The translations under genes and the position numbers were made by a program. This document shows positions 20,591 through 29,517 of a DNA stretch of 64,000 nt, in pieces. Origin of the DNA: an uncultured Desulfospira sp. GTDB lineage: Bacteria > Desulfobacterota > Desulfobacteria > Desulfobacterales > Desulfobacteraceae. The first letter of the stretch is position 1. The number at the start of each line of letters is the position of its first letter. Below the pieces are notes generated by a model. That model saw only the letters and a list, made by a program, of their open reading frames with translations, was not told where the DNA came from and searched no databases. The DNA lies in contig OY760175.1 in NCBI GenBank assembly GCA_963663165.1, positions 3,424,001 through 3,488,000 of the forward strand, in the 5' to 3' direction.

Positions 20591-21430
20591 TCAACCCAGA
20601 TAATCACTTGGCGAATTCCCAAAATACTTTTTAAATTCCCTGGAGAACGTTCTTTACTGGGCATACCCCACTTCAAAAGCCACTTGTGTCACACTTTTGT
20701 TCCCGGTCTGCAGCAGCCGCCTGGACTCTTCCAGTCTGAACTTGCGAAGGAAATTAAATATAATAGTGTCACCATAAACCTTAGAAAAGCCCTGGCTTAA
20801 CGTGGTTCTGTTTACCCCCACCATTCTGGAAAGTTCTGTAAGGGGGGGGCCTTAATATCGGAAATGATTATATCGCGGGCTTTGTGAACGAAATTCCCGG
20901 AGTCGGATGCAAGGTCAAAGCAGAAGCCGGTCTGGTCCTTATCTGCATTGAATTGATCAAAACCGGAAATCATCAGTTCCAGCGCTTTGCTTCCTAAAAA
21001 CAGGCGTCTGCGGACATCACTATACGTACATCCGAGGATTTCATGAAGACGAATATTAATGGACGGGGTCATGGACACGGGGCAGCAAAAAAATCCTTCT
21101 TTTTTTGAGGGAGCCAATATTTCTTCTAACGGCCACGGGCCGTCTTGGTTATCCAACCAAGAACCGCCCACAACAAATATTGAAAGAACTCAAAAGGTTG
21201 CTGAGTCTTTCATATAACGGCCACGGGCCGCCTTGGTTATCCAACCAAGCACCGCCCACAACGAAAAATGAAAGTCTTTTCAGCTTGTTAGTGAGACTTT
21301 CATATAAAAACTTTTGGTCAAATTCTCCGGCTATCCCTTCGGAAAACCGAATTACGGGGTTTAAGTATATTCTTGTCAGACCCGGATATTTTATGGCATT
21401 TTGAATAATTTGAAACCGAACGGAATGACC
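20591..21430 (-). pseudogene. AraC-family regulator pseudogene (5'-truncated, interrupted by two family-B elements, frameshifted, internal stop)
   Basis: Reconstructed reading: ...EGIAGEFDQKF|LEEILAP...SKALEL...APP[frameshift in G8 at 20842-20849]LTELSRMVGVNRTTL...SVTQVAFEVGYAQ*RTFSREFKKYFGNSP. Confidence 0.85.
21130..21304 (+). mobile_element. Repeat family B copies 2 and 3 in direct tandem (21130-21214 and 21218-21304)
   Basis: Arrangement TAA-[unit]-TAA-[unit]-TAA; removing it restores the AraC frame. Confidence 0.88.
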
Positions 21431-21435
21431 ATAGA

Positions 21436-22446
21436 ATGACCGACATATTGATCCAGTCCTTTACCTCCACCTTTTTTTCCATGCTCAAGATTTTCTTTAT
21501 CGTGCTGGCAGCCGGTGTGCTGGTTCGAAAAAAAGTTTTAAGCCAGGAAAACCTACACGGCCTGTCCGTGGCCACGGTGGACGTGTTTCTTCCCTGCATG
21601 AGTTTTACCAGCATCCTGGCCAATTTCAGGCCCGGACAATTTGATATCTGGTGGGTGCTGCCCACGGCAGGCATCCTGATTACGGTGGCGGGCATCCTCA
21701 TGGGCTGGCTGTTTTTTTTTGGCGAACTGCCGGAAAAACGAAACATGGTGCCCCTGTGCGGGGTTCAGAATGCCGGATACCTGATCCTGCCCTTAGGGGC
21801 GGTACTCTTTCCGGACCAGTTTGACCAGTTTTCCGTCTACTGTTTTCTTTTCATTATGGGCCAGAGCCTGACCGTATGGACCGTGGGCAAACAGATGACC
21901 ACGGCATCACCGGAAGCGCCGATGCGATGGCAGAGCATGCTCACCCCGCCATTGATTGCCACCCTTCTGGCCATTGTCTTTGTAGCCATGGGCATTCATC
22001 CGATTTTCTTTTTGCCGGAGGATGGCTCCGGCGCCGGCCCGGTGAACACCCTTCTGGCCACAGCATTCGATGCTGCCGAATTTATCGGGCAGGCCACCGT
22101 CCCTCTGGCGATCTTTATCCTCGGGGGCGTTTTGGGCAGCATCACCTTTAAGTTCCGGGCGTATATGTGGGATGTGATCCGGGTGGTGACGGTCAAGCTT
22201 TTTCTATTGCCGCTCTTGATCCTGGTGCTGGTCTATTTCTGGGGCATCGGGGAGACATTGCCGCTGCTGGCGGTTTTCTTTGTTATTGAAAGTTCATCCG
22301 CCCCGGCCATTGCCACGGTTCTCCAGGTCAAAAAATACGGCGGTGACGAGCAGAAGATCGGCACCGTCATTCTTGTCTGCTACCTGGCCTGTCTTTTGAT
22401 GATGCCCTTCTGGGTGGGCATCTGGAGTTTGATTTCACAGGGATGA
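21436..22446 (+). CDS. AEC (auxin efflux carrier / malate permease) family transporter
   Basis: About 10 hydrophobic segments; NAGYL.LP, PPLIA, GQATVPLA.F.LG and KL...P motifs. Confidence 0.88.
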   Translation: MTDILIQSFTSTFFSMLKIFFIVLAAGVLVRKKVLSQENLHGLSVATVDVFLPCMSFTSILANFRPGQFDIWWVLPTAGILITVAGILMGWLFFFGELPEKRNMVPLCGVQNAGYLILPLGAVLFPDQFDQFSVYCFLFIMGQSLTVWTVGKQMTTASPEAPMRWQSMLTPPLIATLLAIVFVAMGIHPIFFLPEDGSGAGPVNTLLATAFDAAEFIGQATVPLAIFILGGVLGSITFKFRAYMWDVIRVVTVKLFLLPLLILVLVYFWGIGETLPLLAVFFVIESSSAPAIATVLQVKKYGGDEQKIGTVILVCYLACLLMMPFWVGIWSLISQG

Positions 22447-22454
22447 ACCAGGGG

Positions 22455-23273
22455 TTACACAATCCCTTTGGGCATGGGGGGAACGTCTTCTCCAGCCAGG
22501 ACAAACCCGCCGTCCAGGCGTAACACCGAGCCGGTCATGTAAGGGGCATCTTTTAATATGAACAGACAGGCCTTGACCGCATCCTCAATGGTGCCGGTCC
22601 GGTTTAGAAGAGTATGGTTGATCAGTTGCTGCTTTTCCCCGGGGGTCAGGACCTCTTTCCACCCGCGGGTCCCTTGGGCATGGCGGGTTTCAAATATGCC
22701 CAGCATGAGTTCATTGACCCGGACATTGGGGGCCCCCATGCGGGCCCAGGTTTCGGTAAGACTGGATATCCCTCTGTTGGCGGCGGCATATCCGTCGTTA
22801 AAAACCAGGGCCGCCGCTCCGGACCGGCCGGTGATCCCGGCAATGGAGGAAATATTGATCACGGCAGCGTCCCTGGATTTTTTAAGCAGCGGGAACACGG
22901 CATCAAACACCCACCGTTTGGCCTTGAGGGTGGTCTCGATTTCAAGGTCCCACTGATCTTCAACGTATTCCCCATGGACCGTGGGCCAGCCGCCCCTTTC
23001 GATATTGTTGATCAGGATATCCAGGCCGCCGTATGTCTCTTCAATAAACCCGGCCATTTTTTTGATGTCTGATAAATTGCGAAGGTCGGCATCCAGTATA
23101 TGGTGGCGGGCCCCTGTGGCAAAAAAATCAGTTTCCATGCCCTCAAAAGCGTCCTCCCAGTCATGGCGGGTAAGGACCAGGTTTGCCCCGGATTGGGCAA
23201 GCCCTAAGCCAATGCCCTTGCCGATGCCTTTGACGGCGCCGAGAACCAGCGCTGTTTTCCCTTTAATTTCCAT
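22455..23273 (-). CDS. SDR family oxidoreductase
   Basis: GAVKGIG Rossmann motif, DILINN, NISS and TGSVLRLDGG. The catalytic motif is YAAAN rather than YxxxK. Confidence 0.88.
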   Translation of the reverse strand: MEIKGKTALVLGAVKGIGKGIGLGLAQSGANLVLTRHDWEDAFEGMETDFFATGARHHILDADLRNLSDIKKMAGFIEETYGGLDILINNIERGGWPTVHGEYVEDQWDLEIETTLKAKRWVFDAVFPLLKKSRDAAVINISSIAGITGRSGAAALVFNDGYAAANRGISSLTETWARMGAPNVRVNELMLGIFETRHAQGTRGWKEVLTPGEKQQLINHTLLNRTGTIEDAVKACLFILKDAPYMTGSVLRLDGGFVLAGEDVPPMPKGIV

Positions 23274-24021
23274 GGGGCCATCCGGAAAGATTTAAGTCAA
23301 TGCCGAACAGCATATTTTTTACCCATTGGATTCCAAAATTGAGTAATGTTTCATCGCCGGCTGTTATTTGCCGGATCATGGTTTTGTCCAGTTTAAATTC
23401 AGCCAGCAGATCTTTTTCTAAAATCTGAACCCTGAATTCATCCAGATCATACAAGGCCAGATAGAACTGATCCGACTGGAATCCTTCAAGCTTGCCGGGA
23501 ATAATCTGATTTTTCAGGCTGATCAGCTCCATGAGCTGATCGTTCCGGGCATTATGTTTTTCCACGTCCTGACCAATTAACCATTCTTTAATCGTGACCG
23601 GGTTGGCCACCCCGAACCCGTTGCAATGGGGTTCTTCAATAAGGGCGTAGTACTCGGTTATCTCCCCGGTCTGCCTTGAGCGGGATATGGCCCGGGCCAA
23701 GGGATAAAGCCGGCAGGAACCAGGCCGGTCCGGGTACACGCTGCACCCGTTTTCTGTAACGAATGGACAGGCATGGCCTGTGCCGGGATTGGGTTTAAAC
23801 TCCACAATGGGGAGACCTGTCCCAGGGCCGTTATGACGGGAGGTATAGGTTTTTAAAAATTCCTGGGAAGAGATGTCAAGGCTGTTTTTCAGCCTTAAAA
23901 TATCGTAGGGCGTCAGGGCCTGGTTCAAGTCCCTGCAGCAGTCATTAAAACATGAATTTTCCGGAGAACAGGAAAAATTCATGGGGTCATTGAGCTTGAC
24001 CGGTATTAATTCTTCGTTCAT
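23263..24021 (-). CDS. YkgJ-family cysteine-cluster protein
   Basis: C....CFNDCC, CPF....CSVY.DRP.SCRLYP motifs. Confidence 0.85.
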   Translation of the reverse strand: MNEELIPVKLNDPMNFSCSPENSCFNDCCRDLNQALTPYDILRLKNSLDISSQEFLKTYTSRHNGPGTGLPIVEFKPNPGTGHACPFVTENGCSVYPDRPGSCRLYPLARAISRSRQTGEITEYYALIEEPHCNGFGVANPVTIKEWLIGQDVEKHNARNDQLMELISLKNQIIPGKLEGFQSDQFYLALYDLDEFRVQILEKDLLAEFKLDKTMIRQITAGDETLLNFGIQWVKNMLFGIDLNLSGWPHGN

Positions 24022-24104
24022 TATTTTATCCTCAATTCTGGTCTTTCCCGGGCTGTCCGGTAGGCTGCCAACCTATCAGTATTAAACGGATTAATCCAGA
24101 TGTT

Positions 24105-25025
24105 TCAGGGAACGGGGTCTATAATATGGGCCTGGCTCTCATAGACGGTTTTATACCGCTCCTTTGTATAATAAAGAAACTCCTGAAGCACGGTGCTGAA
24201 ATATTTATCCTTGTGCCAGATGGTGTAAAAAGACCGGGTAAATTTGAAGTCCCTTATCTTAAGGCGGAACAGCTGGCCGGCAATCAACTCGTTCATGACC
24301 GATATCCTGGAAAGGCAACTGACTGTCCCCCTGTTCCGGAGGACCGACTTTACCGCCTCTGTATGCCCCACCTCCAAAAAAGGCTTAAACCGTTTTTTGT
24401 ACTTTTCCATGTAATAAAGAAACACCTCACGGGTTCCGGAACCTTCTTCCCTGAAAATCCACCGTTTGGACAAAAGTTCTTCCATATTATAGGGGACCTC
24501 CCTGACCAGGTTTTTATCCCCGGTCACCACATAAAGCTCGTCTAAGCCCAGCACCTCCCGTTGTATTTCAGTGTTGTTGTAGTCGGCTTCCACAAAACCG
24601 ATGTCTAGTTCGCCGTCTTTGATCAGTTTTCCGATTTCCTCGGTATTGCCGGTAATTTTTTCCAGCCGGACCCCCTGGTACTTTTCGGCAAACTCATAAA
24701 TGATCTGGGGCAGAATATAATTGGCTATGGAAGAACTGGCCCCGACCTTGATATCCCCGAGCAAATCCTGGTCCCTGAACATGATCTCGCTTTCCCTAAG
24801 GCCGAACACCAGGGGATCTACCATCCGGTAAAAATACCGGCCGTTTTCATTGACCACCAGCCGTTTGTGGATCCGGTCAAACAACAGCTTGCCAAGGGTT
24901 TCTTCAAGGGCCTTGATGGACATGGACACAGCGGACTGGGTTAATCCGAAATCATTTGCCACCTGGCTCAAATGCGGGGTTTTCACCAGGGCAAGAAACA
25001 ATTCAAGCTGTCTTAAGGTAGCCAA
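24105..25025 (-). CDS. LysR-family transcriptional regulator (CysL-like), divergent from aprBA
   Basis: TLRQLE N-terminus, LTQSAVS HTH, LFDR, and REEGSGTR substrate-binding motif. Confidence 0.92.
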   Translation of the reverse strand: MATLRQLELFLALVKTPHLSQVANDFGLTQSAVSMSIKALEETLGKLLFDRIHKRLVVNENGRYFYRMVDPLVFGLRESEIMFRDQDLLGDIKVGASSSIANYILPQIIYEFAEKYQGVRLEKITGNTEEIGKLIKDGELDIGFVEADYNNTEIQREVLGLDELYVVTGDKNLVREVPYNMEELLSKRWIFREEGSGTREVFLYYMEKYKKRFKPFLEVGHTEAVKSVLRNRGTVSCLSRISVMNELIAGQLFRLKIRDFKFTRSFYTIWHKDKYFSTVLQEFLYYTKERYKTVYESQAHIIDPVP

Positions 25026-25180
25026 AAAATTTCCTCTTTTTTGGGGCTATCATGGCCGAATACCCGGGCCAGACGCAGGGGGTTTAAAAAATTTTTCGTG
25101 CGTGGTGCACACTTTTATCTGATTCAAGCAAATTGTTTATAAAAACACAAGCCGCTTTTATTTTTCAACCCAGATTTCTT

Positions 25181-25196
25181 TTGTGAAATTTCACAA
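25181..25196. promoter_or_regulatory. Perfect 16-bp palindrome TTGTGAAATTTCACAA in the lysR-aprB intergenic region
   Basis: Half-sites match Rex/HcpR-type boxes, but the spacer is 2 bp shorter. Confidence 0.5.
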
Positions 25197-25524
25197 TATG
25201 TAGTAGCAAATGAACAACGTTTCAATACATATTGTTGGTTAGTGAAGTCATCAAAAAAATTGAACAATTTGATAAGTCTTTTTTTTTCAATTTTCTTGAC
25301 AACGCTATTGGGAGGATGCTATTTCCATACCATTTATGCGGGTCCTGCACCATTGTTCAGCATGTAGTTTCCAACTAATTTAATGGCTGCATAAAAACCG
25401 CTTTAGGATTAGAACAAGGATTAAAAAGCCCGTTAAATTCACATCCGGGCTTATTGATAAAAGAAGAATAACGGCACAACGGTATTGTGCAATTTGATTA
25501 ACTTAAATTATGGAGGTATTTTAA

Positions 25525-25962
25525 ATGCCATCTTTTGTAATTGCAGAAAAATGTGACGGCTGCAAAGGTGGGGACAAAACAGCATGCATGTACATCTGCC
25601 CCAATGACCTGATGGTTCTGGACCCCGATGCGATGAAAGCATACAACCAGGAACCGGATCAGTGCTGGGAATGCTACTCTTGTGTTAAAATTTGCCCCTC
25701 CCAGGCCATCGAAGTAAGAGGCTATTCTGACTTCGTACCCATGGGCGCTTCTGTACAGCCGATGATGGGTACCGAGGATGTTATGTGGACCTGTAAGTTC
25801 AGAAACGGCGTTGTCAAACGCTTCAAGTTCCCCATCAGAACCACGCCTGAAGGTGAAGCCAACGCTTATGAAGATCTGAAAGGCAAAGATCTGTCCAGCG
25901 GCCTGCTCTCCACTCAAGAAGCAGACGGCATGGAACTGAAAGCTCCGACCGAGCTGGCATAA
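25525..25962 (+). CDS. aprB: Adenylylsulfate reductase beta subunit
   Basis: CDGCKGGDKTACMYICP, CWECYSCVKICP and KRFKFPIRTTPEG motifs. Confidence 0.99.
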   Translation: MPSFVIAEKCDGCKGGDKTACMYICPNDLMVLDPDAMKAYNQEPDQCWECYSCVKICPSQAIEVRGYSDFVPMGASVQPMMGTEDVMWTCKFRNGVVKRFKFPIRTTPEGEANAYEDLKGKDLSSGLLSTQEADGMELKAPTELA

Positions 25963-26018
25963 GTCTATTGTCATCCATTTGATTTGATACTTTATTTTAA
26001 AATTTTTGGAGGTATATA

Positions 26019-27980
26019 ATGGCATTACCTAACAAACCTGTCGGAGAGCTTAAAGCAGTAAGAGACCCCGAGGTTGTGAAAAAAGATGTTGACGTTCTGA
26101 TCATCGGCGGCGGTATGGCTGCCTGCGGAACGGCATTTGAAATTAAAAAATGGGCTGATGAAGGCACCAAAATCCTGCTTTGCGACAAAGCAGCCCTTGA
26201 AAGATCCGGCGCTGTTGCCCAGGGTCTGTCCGCCATCAACACCTACATTGGCGAAAACAAACCTGAAGATTATGTCCGCATGGTCAGAAACGACCTGATG
26301 GGTATTGTCCGTGAAGACCTGATCTTTGACTTGGGCCGTCACGTTGACGATTCCGTTCATCTGTTTGAAGAATGGGGACTTCCCATCTGGAAAAAAACCG
26401 ATGACGGCAAAAACCTTAACGGCAAACAGGGCATGAAAGCCGGCACCCTCAAAGGCGGCGCTACACCTGTTCGTACCGGTAAATGGCAGATCATGATCAA
26501 CGGTGAATCTTACAAGAGAATCGTTGCTGAAGCCGGTAAAAAAGCCCTTGGCGAAGAAAACATCCTTGAAAGATGCTTCATCGTTGAACTTCTCAACGAC
26601 AAAGAAGATCCCACAAGAGTTGCCGGCGCCGTTGGTTTCTCCGTTCGTGAAAACAAAGTATACATCATCAACGCAAAGGTTATGATGGTTGCCTGCGGCG
26701 GCGCTGTAAACATTTACCAGCCCCGTTCCGTTGCTGAAGGTAAAGGCCGCGCATGGTATCCCGTATGGAATGCCGGTTCTACTTACACCATGGCCCTGAG
26801 AGCCGGTGCAGAACTGTCCATGATGGAAAACCGTTTCACCCCGGCCCGTTTTAAAGATGGTTACGGCCCTGTTGGTGCCTGGTTCCTGCTGTTCAAAGCC
26901 AAAACCGTTAATGGCCTTGGTGAAAACTATGCCGGTTCCGACGAAGCCAAAGCAGAGTTGGAAAAATATGCACCTTACGGAACGGCTGCCGTTACCCCGA
27001 CCTGTCTGAGAAACCATCTCATGATGAAAGAGTACAAAGAAGGCCGTGGTCCCATCATCATGAAGACCTCCGAAGCCCTTGCCGTTCTCGGCGAAACCAT
27101 GGACAAGAAAGAACTCAAGCATCTGGAATCAGAAGCATGGGAAGACTTCCTTGACATGTCCGTTGGCCAGGCCGGTCTCTGGTGCGCCACCAACACCGAA
27201 CCTGAAAAGAAAGACTCTGAAATTATGCCGACCGAACCGTACCTGCTCGGTTCTCACTCCGGCTGCTGCGGTCTGTGGTGTTCTGGTCCCGAAGAAGACT
27301 GGGTACCCGACAGCTACAAATGGGGCTACAACAGAATGACCACCGTTAAGGGTCTGTTCACTGCCGGTGACGGCGTTGGCTGCTCCGGTCATAAGTTCTC
27401 TTCCGGTTCCCATGCTGAAGGACGTATCATTGCCAAGTCCATGCTTCAGTACCTGAAAGCCGAAGGCGACAAGGTTACCGGTTTCAAAGAAACCGACCAG
27501 GAACTGGTTGACTACGTATACAAACCCGTAAGAAACTATCTGGACAACTTTGAATATACCACTGACCAGAACGTTAACCCGAAATATTGCAAACCTGCTG
27601 GCATGGCCATGCGTCTGATGAAGATGACCAATGAGTATGGTGCTGGTACCGGTACGTTCTACATGACTTCCGGCAAAAACCTTGAGATCCTCATGGACCT
27701 GTTTGAAATGTTCCGTGAAGACCTTGAAAACATTGGCGCCGGTGACCTGCATGAGCTGATGAGAGCATGGGAAATCACCCATCGTCTCTACACGGTTCAG
27801 GCCCACACCCGTCACATCCAGTTCCGTGAAGAATCAAGATACCCCGGTTTCTACTACAGAGGCGACTACATGGGACAGAACGATGATGAATGGTTCTGCT
27901 TCACCAACTCCTCTTACAACAAAGAAACCAACGAATGGACACTGAAGAAAGTTCCGTACATTAAGATCATTTCTGACTAG
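26019..27980 (+). CDS. aprA: Adenylylsulfate reductase alpha subunit
   Basis: RSGAVAQGLSAINTY, WQIMINGESYK, GHKFSSGSHAEGR and REESRYPGFYYR motifs. Confidence 0.99.
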   Translation: MALPNKPVGELKAVRDPEVVKKDVDVLIIGGGMAACGTAFEIKKWADEGTKILLCDKAALERSGAVAQGLSAINTYIGENKPEDYVRMVRNDLMGIVREDLIFDLGRHVDDSVHLFEEWGLPIWKKTDDGKNLNGKQGMKAGTLKGGATPVRTGKWQIMINGESYKRIVAEAGKKALGEENILERCFIVELLNDKEDPTRVAGAVGFSVRENKVYIINAKVMMVACGGAVNIYQPRSVAEGKGRAWYPVWNAGSTYTMALRAGAELSMMENRFTPARFKDGYGPVGAWFLLFKAKTVNGLGENYAGSDEAKAELEKYAPYGTAAVTPTCLRNHLMMKEYKEGRGPIIMKTSEALAVLGETMDKKELKHLESEAWEDFLDMSVGQAGLWCATNTEPEKKDSEIMPTEPYLLGSHSGCCGLWCSGPEEDWVPDSYKWGYNRMTTVKGLFTAGDGVGCSGHKFSSGSHAEGRIIAKSMLQYLKAEGDKVTGFKETDQELVDYVYKPVRNYLDNFEYTTDQNVNPKYCKPAGMAMRLMKMTNEYGAGTGTFYMTSGKNLEILMDLFEMFREDLENIGAGDLHELMRAWEITHRLYTVQAHTRHIQFREESRYPGFYYRGDYMGQNDDEWFCFTNSSYNKETNEWTLKKVPYIKIISD

Positions 27981-28019
27981 CGCTGAAAGTCGTTCTTAAA
28001 GTACGAACCAAGTGATATT

Positions 28020-28058
28020 AACCTCCAGGTGCTGGTCCCCAGTGCCTGGGGGTTTTTT
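28020..28058 (+). terminator. Intrinsic terminator after aprA
   Basis: AACCTCCAGGTGCTGG-TCC-CCAGTGCCTGGGGGTT followed by a T-tract. Confidence 0.8.
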
Positions 28059-28242
28059 CAGATTTTAGGCCTTTTACGGTCGTCTTCCTGTCTCCTTTTT
28101 TGTAAGGATATCAGCAAAAGACTTTAGATTTAACGCATTGTTACCGGCTGATATGATTAGAAAACAGGAGATAAGGATGCCCGCAAAAGGCATGACCTTT
28201 AATGATTAAAGCTTAAACAACTCAAATGCACGGAGGGACAGC

Positions 28243-29517
28243 ATGACAACAGATAATTCAGCCCCGATGAGTGGAAGTATTATGGTGGTTGGTGGTGGAA
28301 TCAGCGGCCTTACGACTGCTCTCGAAGCTGCCGAAGTCGGGTATGAGGTTTTCCTTGTGGAAAAGGAAGCATCCCTTGGTGGAAGGGTATCTCAGTTGAA
28401 ACACTACTTCCCCAAACTCTGCCCGCCCACATGCGGACTGGAAATCAACTACAGACGGCTAAAAGACAACAAAAACATTAAAGTGTTTACCCTGTCCGAA
28501 GTCCAGAAGGTTGACGGCAAACCCGGTGACTACACAGTTACCGTGAAAACCGCCCCAAGGTATGTAAATGAGAACTGCACGGCCTGCGGTGAATGCGCCA
28601 AGGTCTGTGAAACTGAAATTTCCAACGATTTCAACTTTGGCATGGACCGCAGAAAAGCCGCCTATCTTCCCCACAACATGGCATTTCCCCAGCGGTATGT
28701 CATGGATCCGGCCATGGGCACGGATGACCGGGAAAAGGTCAAAGAAGCCTGTAAATACGATGCCATTGATTTTGACATGGAAGAAAAAACCTTTGATCTG
28801 AAAGTCGGCGCCATTGTATGGAATACCGGCTGGCAGCCCTATGACGCCACCCGCATCGACAACCTCGGATTCGGCCGTTACCAGAACATCATTACCAATA
28901 TGATGCTGGAAAGAATGGCCTCTTTAAACGGCCCCACACAAGGAAAAATTCTGCGGCCGTCCGATGACAAAGCACCTGAAACCATTGCCTTTGCCCAATG
29001 CGCCGGTTCCAGGGATGAAAATCACCTTCCCTACTGCTCTTATATCTGTTGCATGGCTTCCTTGAAACATGCCACCTATCTGAGAGCCCAGTATCCCGAT
29101 GCCAAGATTTACATTTACTATATTGACTTGCGAACACCGGGCAGAAAATATGAAAATTTCTATGCCAAACTCAAAGAGGATGAAAACATATTTTTTGTCA
29201 AAGGCAAAGTGGCTGAAGTCAGTGAAGAAGCAGGAACAGGCAACATTAACCTGGTGGCTGAGGATACCATCTCCGGTGAAAAAGTCAGACAGACCGTTGA
29301 CATGCTCGTTCTGGCCACCGGCATGCAGCCCACGGCTGCCATTGACAAGCCGGTTGCCGATCTGACCTTTACCGAAGAAGGTTTTATCGTGAATGACTTT
29401 TCCAAAGGCGGCATGTTTGCTGCAGGCTGTGCCAACAAGCCTGCCGACGTTGTCACCTCTAACCAGAATGCCACCGGCATGGCCCTTAAAGCCATTCAGA
29501 CCCTTGTAAGGAGGTAA
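28243..29517 (+). CDS. qmoA: Quinone-interacting membrane oxidoreductase subunit A (HdrA-like)
   Basis: GGGISG, YFPKLCPPTCGLEIN, CAGSRD and CSYICC motifs; follows aprA. Confidence 0.95.
   Translation: MTTDNSAPMSGSIMVVGGGISGLTTALEAAEVGYEVFLVEKEASLGGRVSQLKHYFPKLCPPTCGLEINYRRLKDNKNIKVFTLSEVQKVDGKPGDYTVTVKTAPRYVNENCTACGECAKVCETEISNDFNFGMDRRKAAYLPHNMAFPQRYVMDPAMGTDDREKVKEACKYDAIDFDMEEKTFDLKVGAIVWNTGWQPYDATRIDNLGFGRYQNIITNMMLERMASLNGPTQGKILRPSDDKAPETIAFAQCAGSRDENHLPYCSYICCMASLKHATYLRAQYPDAKIYIYYIDLRTPGRKYENFYAKLKEDENIFFVKGKVAEVSEEAGTGNINLVAEDTISGEKVRQTVDMLVLATGMQPTAAIDKPVADLTFTEEGFIVNDFSKGGMFAAGCANKPADVVTSNQNATGMALKAIQTLVRR

Noticed and set aside
20842..20849. G8 tract as a phase-variation switch in the AraC gene
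   Set aside because: The gene also has an internal TAA, a 178-bp insertion and a missing 5' end, so slippage alone could not restore it.
21127..21307. Tandem family-B units as a CRISPR array or integron attC sites
   Set aside because: Units are 85-87 bp with only TAA between them (no spacers). The AAC...GTT ends lack complementary L boxes, and there are no cassette ORFs or integrase.
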